Shown here: in pieces, positions 16,000 through 28,387 of the stretch | Layout: each line of letters opens with the position of its first letter | How positions within the stretch are numbered: position 1 is the first letter of the stretch | Notes under the pieces: model-generated | What the model saw: the letters and a program-made list of their open reading frames with translations, nothing else | The model's database searches: none | Told to the model about the DNA's origin: nothing | Assembly: GCA_951406725.2 (NCBI GenBank) | Contig: OX597817.1 | Span: forward strand, 71,052,001-71,116,000 | From: Octopus vulgaris | Lineage: Eukaryota | DNA length: 64,000 nt | Direction of reading: 5' to 3' | Translations under genes and position numbers: made by a program

Positions 16000-18900
16000 A
16001 ATTAGCTAAAACTGGTAGGTAGACGAAATTCGCCCTTTTTCTAATAATTTGGATTATGGCTGAGCAATCTCCTCCTTGCAGAAGCTCCGATGAACTATGG
16101 ATACAATAGATAAATAGCTCTAAATTAAATATTACAAAAAACAAAAACACGAAATTTACTCGAAGATATTCCCCCAGTAAAGTCTTATCTTAACTCACCA
16201 AATAACATCATGAAAAATGAAGAAAGTGGAAGCATTAACACCGAAACAATCAGTAAAGGAGGCTCTAAGGGCTCTGTAAATTAGGCGATATTTTAAAGAA
16301 GATATCAAAGACCAATACGAATACAACCCGCTCAAGCATTACAACTGAAAAAAGCAGTGGAAGTGAGAGAATTGAACCAAGCTAAGTTAAACTTGTTACC
16401 AAGGATAAGCAAGCTGGTTGAGAGACGTGAATCACACAAATCAGAAATAAATATTAATAATCTAACTACAAAAATAAAAAGAGATCCCAGAAGTCGCTAA
16501 AAGGTTTCTTTTAGCTTTGAAAACAGCCACATTGTTTGCTGAATGCTAGAAAACAAAACCAAATAAAACCAAAGAAAAAAGCAACTAGATTTCAGAAGTT
16601 TACACCCGTGGAACCCAATGATTTGCTGGACATTGGCAAGATAAGAGGCAATACCTGAATATCAGAGATACGAGCATCAAGCCTTACAAGATACAACGCA
16701 CATATGTCTTTGTCCAAATTTAATAGACAGATGTAGCGAGATCTGCAGTAGCCAAGTAGCAAGCTCTTTTCTAAGTATCACACAAAAGATAGTACGGCAG
16801 TTGATTTGGCTGGAGCTGATGCAGAAACAATGCCACGTTTACCAACACACAAAATCACCACAAAAAACATACTGATAAATTCTAGAGGAATATTTCAAGT
16901 GAATAACGATTAAAATTTCTTATAGTGGAGACTTAACCTAATGCAATTACGCAATAAGCATAGCAATCACAGAAATCCGCCGTCTAACAACAAAAATAGA
17001 AAATACAAAGATATACCAAAGTATGTCGTGTTTCATGCTGACAGGAAAGAGAGAACTTATGGAGAAGTTGCAATGTACATCTGTGAATATATCACACTCG
17101 TAGACCTGCTGTCAAACTCAAACTTACTTTCTGACACATTATTACATAAAGCAAGTCAAAGAGGTATTAACTAAACTGGACCAACATATCTCTTGGGCAA
17201 CTTTAACTTCCTTAATGTCAAATGTTCTGAAGGCCACATTTACTCGGAAAAGTCACCACTGCATGAACCATATCAAGCAGATCCTATACTTGACATTTCT
17301 AATACACTGTTTGTGGAGTAAAGAGTACATTAAATAATACATTACCCGAGCAGAGGTAATGCCATTTTAGATCACTGATTTACAGAAACACAGGTCATCC
17401 ATAATGCCACGGTGACACAGAGGATTTTTTCAGAACATGACGTAGCAGAACTTTACAATATACATTGCATGGTCCAAGAGAAACTATATATAAACACTCT
17501 ACCGGACTTATTTGAAATTAATCTAGTTTGATAATTTAGAAATGTAACTGGAAGTCGATTCAAACAGAATTAGTCTGTAAGTCTCTTTTTAAGCGAGTCA
17601 ATGACATATAAATTTATATTAATAATGCAAACCATATACATTTGTTTCATTCCAGAAACAAAGTGCAATATTTACGAGAATATAATTCAGAGGAAGAAAA
17701 CTTTGAAGATGAAGAAGAAAACTTTTCAAATCGTGTAAACAGGAAACTCAGTGATAGTGAAAAATTCTGCCGAAAAGGAATATTTCCAGAAATAGATAAA
17801 AATTTTTGAAAATTTTCTGAGAATTTTCATCAAAATATTTGTAAATTTTTCTGAAAATTTCCATCAAAATTAAAAAAAATTTTTTTTTAATTTTCGTCAA
17901 AATTTTAAAAATGTTTTTTGAATATTTTCATCAAAATTTTGGAAAGTTTTTTGAAAATTTTCATCAACACTTTTGAAAGTTTTTCCAAATTTTCATCAAA
18001 TTTTCAAGATTTTTGAAAATTTTCATCAAGATTTTTGAAAATTTTTTGAAAATTTTCATCAAAATTTTGGAAAGTTTGTTGAAAATTTTTTCATCAAAAT
18101 TTTCATCAAAATTTTTGAAAAGTTTTATGTAAATTTTCATCAAAACTTTCGAAAATTTTCATCAAAATTTTGGAAAGTTTTCTAAAAATTTTCATCAAGA
18201 TTTTTGAAAAGTTATTTGAAAAATTTCATCAAGATTTTTGAAAATTTTTTGAAAATTTTCATCAAAATTTTGGAAAATTTTTTTGAAAATTTTCATCAAA
18301 ATTTCTGAAAATTTCTTTGAAAATTTTCATCAAAATTTTTGAAAAGTTTTTTGAAAATTCCCATCAAAATTTTTGAAAATTTTTCTGAAAATTTTATCAA
18401 AATATTTGTAAATTTTTCTGAAAATTTCCATCAAAATTTAAAAAAATTTTTTGAAAATTTTCGTCAAAATTTTAAAAATGTTTTTTGAATATTTTCATCA
18501 AAATTTTGGAAAGTTTTTGAAAATTTTCATCAACACTTTTGAAAGTTTTTCCAAATTTTCATCAAAATTTCTGAAAAGTTTTTTGAAAATTTTCAAGATT
18601 TTTGAAAATTTTTTGAAAATTTTCATCAAAATTTTGGAAAGTTTGTTGAAAATTTTTCATCAAAATTTTCATCAAAATTTTTGAAAAGTTTTATGTAAAT
18701 TTTCATCAAAACTTTTGAAAATTTTCATCAAAATTTTGGAAAGTTTTCTAAAAATTTTCATCAAGATTTTTGAAAATTTTTTGAAAATTTTCATCAAAAC
18801 TTTGGAAAATTTTTTTTGAAAATTTTCATCAAAATTTCTGAAAATTTCTTTGAAAATTTTCATCAAAATTTTTGAAAATTTTTTGAAAATTTTCTTCAAA

Positions 18901-20807
18901 ATTTCTGAAAAGTTTTTTTGAGTTTTGAAAATTTTTTGATAATTTTCATCAAGATTTTTGAAAATTTTTTGAATATTTTTCTGAAAATTTTCATCAAAAT
19001 CTTTGAAAGTTTTTGAAAATTTTTATCAAACTTTTTGAAAATTTTTTGAACACTAAACTGAAAAGAAAGAGAAACTAGGGTTGTAGAAAATGTAAGAATG
19101 AGCCCTTAAGCTATTAATAGAGCCATTGTCTCAAGGAGGTAATTCACTGGCGCAGACCCAAAAAGGCTAAATCAAATATTGAATAAGATATTCAAAAGTC
19201 ATTTCACCTCTTTCCACCGGGACATATGCAAATAAACAAGGCAGATGTGTTCTTCAATACTGTAACTTCACAAAGGGAAGCAGCAACCATCAGTTACATC
19301 GTCACAATGGAGGAAGATTTAATATTAGTTGGAGATGAAATAAACTCAATAACAGAACTTAACAAGTTCCCAGCAATTCTCTTAAAAACATTTAAGCAGG
19401 CTTTAAATATACTGTTTCGAGTAGATTTCCAATACTCCTTTGCAAGTGGGAAATACCTTAAAAACGAGTAAACAGAATAACTACCAATATTTAAAAGTTT
19501 ATCTCTCTGACTTTACTTATCGAAAATGTTTTGAAACGAATTATCAGAGGGAAAATGAGTTTTCACTGACACTTCGCACCGCATCCGAACCTAAAAGAAG
19601 TTGCCTTGCACAGATTTAATAGTATAACAACTATATGTTGAAACCCTTAATATGTTGGTGTGCTATATCTCGAGTTTACGAAGGTTTTCTATTGAGTCGA
19701 TCCTGAATGATATGTTAAAATACTGATTAGTTGGAAAAGTAGGAGAGTAACTGCATGACATTTTAAGAGACAGCAGTCAGGCAGTTGCAGCTAATGGTGC
19801 TCTCGCAAAGTAAATATTAATTCTAAGCGGAGTCCACCAGGAACGGGCTTAGGGCCATTATTAATTTTAGTGTCATTTTAGGGCGATTACTGCCTTTAGT
19901 GACTTTCTTTGACATCAGCTAAACAGCAGCCACTCTCACCAGAAACTCATCAGCATGGCCTAATTGCAATATACAAGTGGGTTAAAGAAATCAGCATGCA
20001 GTCTAATGCTGGAAAATTTCAAACACTTTGTTATCAGCTTGCAAACAAACACAAAACCAGGAATTATAGAAATCTCAGGGGGACCGTCACTGCGTGACCT
20101 TCGGGCCATATGAGTAATAATTCATAATTTCATGTACATTTTACTGAGAGGTCAACGACGTGAAGAGGATTGGTGGTATAGATTTTGAGATAATTCAGAA
20201 CAAGAAAGTTGGAGACCACGCGAATTCTGTAGATGACATTTATTTCCAGCTGTCCAAACTACACAGTATTAAGCTGAACTTAAATCGATCTAACATTATT
20301 ACATCAATAAAATTACTTCTGTGCTACAGGCGAGCTACAAGGAGAAGGTGAAAGACTCAAGGCTCTACACCTTGGAACAAAGACGAGAAAGATATGCAGA
20401 AATTTCTATATGGAAGATCCTGAAAGAGCCGACTCTAAACTTTTATATTGATCGTATACTAATCGGTGATTACTGGAGTGTGCTGTAGCCCACACCATAC
20501 AATCAAATGTTGGAACCAGATATTGCAACCACTGTATATTCAAAGGTATGTGGCTTTTCTATTTGTTGCCAAGAACATGAGAAATCAACATATAGTGCTA
20601 GTAAATTTATTTAAAAAACACCTAAACATTCTACAATCTGAGATCCCGAACGAACTTAAGTCACGACAAATTCTATCATTAAAAAATTAGAAACAACATG
20701 AGAAGAAAGGCCGTAGAAATACTAGCAAGAAAAAATAGCAGCAACAATGGTGCAATGGTGGTGCCCCAGCATGGATACGGATTCTTTGCCTAGAATTAGT
20801 AAAAGAA
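16000..20807 (+). pseudogene. Degenerate CR1-group LINE (APE + RT), interrupted by a satellite
   Basis: Decayed motifs LGNFNF (GDFN), SRGNAILDH, FSEH (SDH), LYLEFTKVF (YLDFxKAFD), SGVHQ..LGPL, YKWVKEISMQSNAGKF; 5' boundary uncertain. Confidence 0.7.
17800..19050. repeat. A/T-tract satellite, about 21-bp unit GAAAATTTTCATCAAAATTTT(T), with a roughly 570-bp higher-order duplication
   Basis: Direct; the variant string aatatttgtaaa...tttccatcaaaatt recurs at about 17830 and 18400. Confidence 0.92.
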
Positions 20808-20819
20808 CACACATACATA

Positions 20820-21005
20820 CAAGACGGGTCCGGAACCTGGTGCATATCTTCCTCAAATTGTCCATGGGAAGATCTTCAAAAGTCTCCTTGATTTTCGCAA
20901 CCAGCTCGGCCTTTGTGCTGCAGGCAGAGCGGTTGGTGTCTTTCTCAACCGTGCCCTACACACATAGTTATCCCAGGGATTACAATCAGTGGGAGTCTAG
21001 AGGCT
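20820..21005 (-). pseudogene. Tc1/mariner-superfamily (maT/DD37D-like) transposase C-terminal fragment
   Basis: Minus strand DCNPWDNYV / GTVEKDTNRSACSTKAELVAKIKETFEDLPMDNLRKICTRFRTRL resembles SPDxNPLDYxVWG. Confidence 0.6.
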
Positions 21006-21263
21006 CGAAGTTAGGACATTATATATATAAAATAGTCGTATGTCTAAATTTGGTCAACTGTGTTTTTTTTTTTAATATTTATTTTTGCTTGCATTAACTG
21101 GTTCTTTTGGTCCAACTATCAGATGTCAAGGTATCAAACAATTGTCAAAGTATAGTACAACGATTTTGCTATGGATTGCCGAAAGTATTTTTTCGTTTTC
21201 TGAAAGCGCAACGTCTTGGAGTTACGACGCTTTTGCATAAAAGCAACGATATACATACATACA

Positions 21264-21295
<32 letters not shown>

Positions 21296-21324
21296 CATAT
21301 ACATATATATAGACATATACATAT

Positions 21325-21358
<34 letters not shown>

Positions 21359-21388
21359 ACATATACATATATATATACATATATATAT

Positions 21389-21998
<610 letters not shown>

Positions 21999-23153
21999 TA
22001 AATGCATATTTAAAAAAATCTTCTATGCCCTTAATCATAATGGTGTATATATATGTATGTGTGTGTGTATACATACATACATACAGTATACATCTACATA
22101 TTGGTCTAGTATAGAAAATAACAGTCACTGTATACGTAACGGTTTAAGGGTTGTAACTCAAACTGACTTAAAATAGAAAAGATTTAGAGTTATTTCCCTT
22201 GGAAATATTTCTCCATTTTTACCTTTATTTTTTTGTGTTTAAAAATAGAAATGATTAATGTTCTAAAATCCTTATAAATGCATAGCCATATTCGTTTATG
22301 CGTTTATACTATTTTTTTTTGTAATTCCAGTAATTGTGCACCAGTTATTTAATTTTCCGACCTTCATATTGACCCCAGTTTGTATACAAGCCCGGTGCAT
22401 ATTTTTAAAGTCACTATTTGAGATAACAGTAGAAGAAAACCGGTACACATAAATAAACACATAAATATTCCTCTCCACAGAATATATCCATACTAGTTTC
22501 ACCTTGAAACTATATCCATACTGTTGCACCATCTTTGCTGTGATTATTAGTTTATTAAATTTAATTTCCATGACCCCGCTTACTGCATTTGGCGAACGAG
22601 TGAGATGAACAATATCTTATCCATCTGCATTGCTTTCTCTGATATGGGTTCAGCTTGTATCTCAGATAAAAAAAATCACTTCAATTTTTTAATAATGCAT
22701 CTACATGACTCATGAATATCAAAGCGGTGGTGGGATCTGTGCAGGGTACTGAGAAGCTGCAGGATTGAGCCCTAAGAAGCTACAGTATTGGGTCTTTTCT
22801 CTAGATGTAAAAGGAAGGACCTGTGGCACGATAGAGCGGCAGCCAGTTCGGAAGCTTTAAACACACACAAACACGCGTACGCGCGCGCACACACATACGC
22901 ACACACAGGCAAGCACGCATACCCACACACATACAGGAAGGCTTCTTTCAGTTTCCTCTCACTCACAAGGATTTGGTCGGCTCGGAGCTTTCGTAGAATT
23001 GTAAAAGACACCTGTCTAATGTGCCGTGTAGTAGGACTGAATCCATGATGGTACTGCTGGGAAGAAAGCTTCTAACCAGGTTGCTGCGCCCGCGCCTATA
23101 GATAGATAGATAGACGCACGCAAATACATATATACGATGTACGCATCAATGTA

Positions 23154-23265
<112 letters not shown>

Positions 23266-23269
23266 CATG

Positions 23270-23368
<99 letters not shown>

Positions 23369-23369
23369 A

Positions 23370-23443
<74 letters not shown>

Positions 23444-23521
23444 GACAGATAGATATATAGATACATACATAGATACATACATACATACATACATACATAC
23501 ATACATACATACATACATACA

Positions 23522-23552
<31 letters not shown>

Positions 23553-23553
<1 letters not shown>

Positions 23554-23790
23554 CAAAAATGGGACAATAGCGCAAAACATCCAGACAGACGATACAAGGA
23601 AAACAAGAACGGATCATTCGGAGTTTTCTATCCCCAGTCGAGTTCCAGATTATCTTTGCAATTTCGGCTGGTTATACTCGAGATTGCTCCAATCTGGCCA
23701 GCCCCAAGGAACAATAAACTAAGAGCATTACATTCTTTGGAAGAAAGCAACGAATGTATACGAAACAAGGACGAAAAAAAAACCCAGAAA
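23553..23790. mobile_element. Unclassified interspersed repeat; longer copies at about 61880-62330 and 62800-63220
   Basis: Shared aaaatgggacaa...cagtcgagttccagattatctttgcaatttcggctggttatactcgagattgctccaatctggccagccccaagg. Confidence 0.8.
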
Positions 23791-24022
23791 TGTTACACAA
23801 ATATAATATATGCATGCATGCATACATACATACATGCATGCACGCACGCACGCACGTATGTATGTATGTATGTATGTATGTATGTATGTATGTATGTATG
23901 TATGTATGTATGTATGTATGTATGTATGTATGTATGTATGTATTGTGTGCCGTATGTCACACAGTATGGATTAATTGTGACAATCAATACGCACGCATGC
24001 TCACTTAAGAACATAGATAACA

Positions 24023-24857
24023 TACCTGGTCTGATCAATAAGTATCCAGATTGTTACCATAATGGCGACGCTAAAGCACGTAGAGTGAAGCCGCTTGGCA
24101 CAGATTGATCGTGAACAATGCTATGCATGCGCACTAATAGCTCACTCCCGCTGTTTACAGCAGTGCTTGGAAGGAACGTGTGTAGCGTGTGATCGTCGCA
24201 TTGGCCATGACAGAGATAGTTGGGCAGAGAATCTGCATCAACTTTTGCTAAAAGCTTGGTGATACCTGCTCAGAGACATACGCAAAGTTTTCAAGAAGTT
24301 TTCATCGTTCTCAACACAATTAAGGAGATCTTATGCCACTGAAACACGAGTGTCTTTTTGGTCAGCTGAAAGCACTTTTGTCACAAACTTGGCAGACAAG
24401 CGTCTCATACTCAAATCTTCGGGGATTATAAAGATCCTCTGATAACTCACGGATGACTCGACGATTTCCCCTCACAGCTGCACCTCCCACCTGCGATGTT
24501 TCTCAGTTCTGTTGGTTGGGGGTCTCCCGAAACGTTCGTCAATATCGACGTTTTTTCTGTCATCTTGGAAACGTTCGTCAATATCGACATTTTTTCCGTC
24601 ATCTTGGAAATTACTGAACCACTTGTACACTTACATGCGGCCCATACACTCCTCTCCATACACTTTCTGCAATCTTGCGTAGGCCTCTGAGCAGGTATCG
24701 CTATGACAACTTTCTCTGTCATGGTCAATGCAACGATCACACGCTACACACGTTCCTTCCAAGCACTGCAGTAAACAGTGGAAGTGAGCTAGAACATTCA
24801 AACTTAGTGAGCATGCACAGCAGAGTTCAAGGTCAATCTTTACCAAGCGGCTTTAGC
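24023..24857. mobile_element. Head-to-head mariner derivative (two inverted 5' ends)
   Basis: Plus strand MTEIVGQRICINFC*KLGDTCSETYAK; minus strand MTEK..DTCSEAYARLQKVYGEECMGR; about 24065-24290 inverted versus 24670-24857; left TIR-like tacctggtctgatcaataagt. Confidence 0.8.
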
Positions 24858-24921
24858 CTGTGTATCAACCTATATATATCCAGAGTTGTACATACATACA
24901 TACATACATACATACATACAT

Positions 24922-24956
<35 letters not shown>

Positions 24957-25222
24957 TACACACATACACACATACATACATACATACATACATACATACA
25001 TACATACATACATACATACATACATACATACATACATACATACATGCATACATACATACATATATATATATATACATATATACAAACGTACGGATATCGT
25101 TATATGGTGCATATGGAAAGCAAATATGAAAAAATATTGTAGCTATTTATGTGTGATGCATTATGTGAAAATTTCTAGATTTGTATATAAGAACGTCTAT
25201 TCTCGTGCATTCGCCAAATTGA

Positions 25223-25283
<61 letters not shown>

Positions 25284-25368
25284 GTGTGTGTGTGCGTGCG
25301 TGTGTTTATATACATATGTATGTAGTGTCTGCGTCGTTTACGTATGGCAAGATACATGTATATATGTT

Positions 25369-25473
<105 letters not shown>

Positions 25474-26116
25474 AGAGAGACGTACTTATATATAGCTTAG
25501 TTAGAAACATATTTGGACACGCCAATAAAGAATTTATATCAATAAAACAGTTGAAAATTTCTTAGAAGAAAGCTAACACCAACGTTAACTTTACTCCTCC
25601 CTACACAGTCTACGCTCTATTTGTAATTGAACTGGTATTATCTTTAATAAAAGTTCATTAGACACTTGATTAATCATTAAAAATTTGATTAGTCATTAAA
25701 AATTTGATTAGTCACTAACTGTGACCTGACAGGACACTTCTATAACCTGAACTCTATAACCTTGCTTTACATACGTGCCTAACCAAAATAAACAGTAAAA
25801 ATCTCCAATATCAAACCAGAAAAACTCTCTCCACTATTCATTCCTCTCCAATCACATGCTACAAATATATACTCTCCGCCAATTCTTCCACTTCAGCCTA
25901 AAAATTCACATATATCACATCTAGTTTTCATAGATATTGCTCAGGCCACGAAAAGAACATCCTACCAAAAGCATCATATATAAGGCTTGAATCTGGGAAT
26001 CCATTGTCAAGTTTTTCCTTGTAAAAATGAACATACATACATACACACATGCATGAATACATACATACATACATACATACATACATAATACATACATACA
26101 TACATACATTTAAAAA

Positions 26117-26462
26117 AGACTCCGCCGGTTACGACGACGAGGGTCCCAGCTGATACGATCAACGGAGCAGCTTGCTCGTGAAATTAACGTGCAAATGGCT
26201 GAGCATTCCACAGACACGTGTACCCTTAACGTAGTTCTCGGGGATAATCAGCGTGACACAGAGAGTGACAAGGCTGACCCTTTGAAATACAAGTACAACT
26301 CATTTTTGCCAGCTGAGTGGACTGGAGCAACGTGAAATAAAGTGTCTTACTCAAGGACACAACGCGTCGCCGGGAATCGAACTCACAACCTTACAGTATT
26401 GGGTCTCTTCTCTAGATGTAAATGAGCCGAATGCCCTAACCACTAAGCCACGCGCCCTCACC
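26117..26462 (-). mobile_element. tRNA-derived SINE family D
   Basis: Minus strand gagggcgcgtggcttagtggttagggcattcggctc...gagttcgattcccggcgacgcgttgtgtccttgagtaagacacttt: A/B boxes plus central domain. Confidence 0.85.
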
Positions 26463-27110
26463 ACACATACATAAATATTTAGATATGTTAGCTCGGTAAT
26501 GACGGGATACTCAGCTACTACGCACGCGTGCGTGTACGTGAGATATTTGTGTGTGTCCGTATGTATACGTACATCATATTACACACCCACGCATACGCAC
26601 ACACATTTATGGCAAAAATGAATTTCATGGCATTTATTAGTATATAAAACTATATCATTACAGCGAATATAAAATCAATTCGAACAGAGATTGAAGAGAT
26701 TGAAAATATATTTAGGACTGTTATTGTCATGTCTGGAGCTTATATTCCTGTCTGATTCCAGTATAGGTGTTAAGTAGTATTACTAGTTATAAAAATACAG
26801 AGCGAATGTAGGAGAAATTACGATAAACAAGTTTATATTATTAGTTCCTACATACGTTTCACCATTATGGTTGTCTGGAACCCTACAATAGGGAAACGTA
26901 CATAGTAACTAATAATTCTTTCTACTATGGACACAAGTCCTGTAATTTGAGGAGTGGGGGATAGTCGGTCACATTGACCCCCAAAAGGATGGAAGGCAAA
27001 CTCAGAACGTAGGGACAGACGTAATGTCGCAAAGCATTTTTCCAGGTGTGCTAATGATTCTGTCGGCTCGCCGCCCTCCTACGTAGGGACTAATATAAAC
27101 TTGTTTATAG

Positions 27111-27295
27111 AGTTCTATATTCAAGAGATGAGAAATTATTTACATTATTTACATTCGACGGATATTTGTCCTCATCTTGTTTATTGTTAACACAACATTT
27201 CGGCTGATACACCCTGCAGCCTTCTTCAGGTGTATTGGGGAAATTTCGAACCTGGGTTCTCATTCCTAAGGTATTTTTCGATGTTGTTGTTGTTG

Positions 27296-27375
<80 letters not shown>

Positions 27376-27448
27376 GTTCAGGTCACTGCTTGGAATCGAA
27401 CTCGGAATCTTGGCGTTAGTATCCCGCGCTCTTAACCACTACGCCATA
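27111..27448 (-). mobile_element. Hammerhead-containing SINE-like element, copy 2, with tRNA-like head
   Basis: Head tggcgtagtggttaagagcgcggga...gagttcgattccaagcagtgacctgaa (A and B boxes), (AAT)n, body, hammerhead, tail. Confidence 0.88.
27189..27234 (-). ncRNA. Minimal type I hammerhead ribozyme motif
   Basis: Minus strand TACAC-CTGAAGA-A-GGCTG[cagggtgtat]CAGCC-GAAA-TG-TT-GTGTT. Confidence 0.75.
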
Positions 27449-27449
27449 T

Positions 27450-27452
27450 AAC

Positions 27453-27537
<85 letters not shown>

Positions 27538-27683
27538 GCAACATCGAAAAATACCTTAGGAATGAGAACCCAGGTTCCAAATTTCCCCAAGACACCTGAT
27601 GAAGGCTGGAATGTATATCAGCCGAAACGTTGTGTTAACAACAAACAAGACGAGGACAAATATCCGTCGAATGTAAATAATGT
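27450..27683 (+). mobile_element. Hammerhead-containing SINE-like element, copy 3 (inverted partner of copy 2)
   Basis: (AAT)n-acatcgaaaaataccttagg...; the pair is bounded by the direct repeat TAAACTTGTTTAT. Confidence 0.85.
27591..27636 (+). ncRNA. Minimal type I hammerhead ribozyme motif, intact consensus
   Basis: GACAC-CTGATGA-A-GGCTGG[aatgtata]TCAGCC-GAAA-CG-TT-GTGTT; palindromic AACGTT stem III; predicted GUU cleavage after 27631. Confidence 0.85.
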
Positions 27684-28304
27684 AAACTTGTTTATTTTTA
27701 TTTCTCCCACACGTTCACATATAACCTGTACCCACACCCACACACCCAGATACACACACACATCTTTTATTCTATACTTGTTGCAGCCAAGACATATATT
27801 TTAGGCCTGGTACCTATTTTATCTGTCATCTTGCCGAACCACTAAGTTATGGGTTTGTAAACACTCCAATACAGGTTGTCAAGGAGTGGTGGGTAACAAA
27901 CACAGACAGAAAGACACAGAACATACATATAGGAGCAGGAGTGGCTATATGGTAAGTAGCTTGCTTACCAGCCATATGGCTCCGGGTTCAGTCCCACTGC
28001 GGGGCACCTGGAGCAAGTGTCTTCTACTATAGCCTCGGGCCGACCAAAGCATTGTGAGTGGATTTGGTAGTTGGAAACTGAAAGAAGCCTGTCGTATTTA
28101 TATATATATATGTATATGTTTGTGTGTCTGTGTTTGTCCTACCACCATCGCTTGACAAACGATGTTGGTGTGCTTACGTCCCCGTAACTTAGCGGTTCGA
28201 CAAAAGACACCGATAGAATAAGTACTAGGCTTACAAAAGTCGATCTGTTCGACTAAAGGCGGTGTTCCAGCATGACCGCAGTCAAATGACTGAAATAAAT
28301 AAAA

Positions 28305-28387
<83 letters not shown>

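Noticed and set aside
17800-19050. Satellite, and 51097-51352 tandem units, as a CRISPR-like array
   Set aside because: No unique spacers, degenerate tandem units, eukaryotic context, no cas genes
27377-27448. tRNA-like sequences (also the SINE heads at about 26370-26460, 37270-37345, 57152-57240)
   Set aside because: Incomplete acceptor stems and fusion to repeat bodies; these are SINE heads, not tRNA genes
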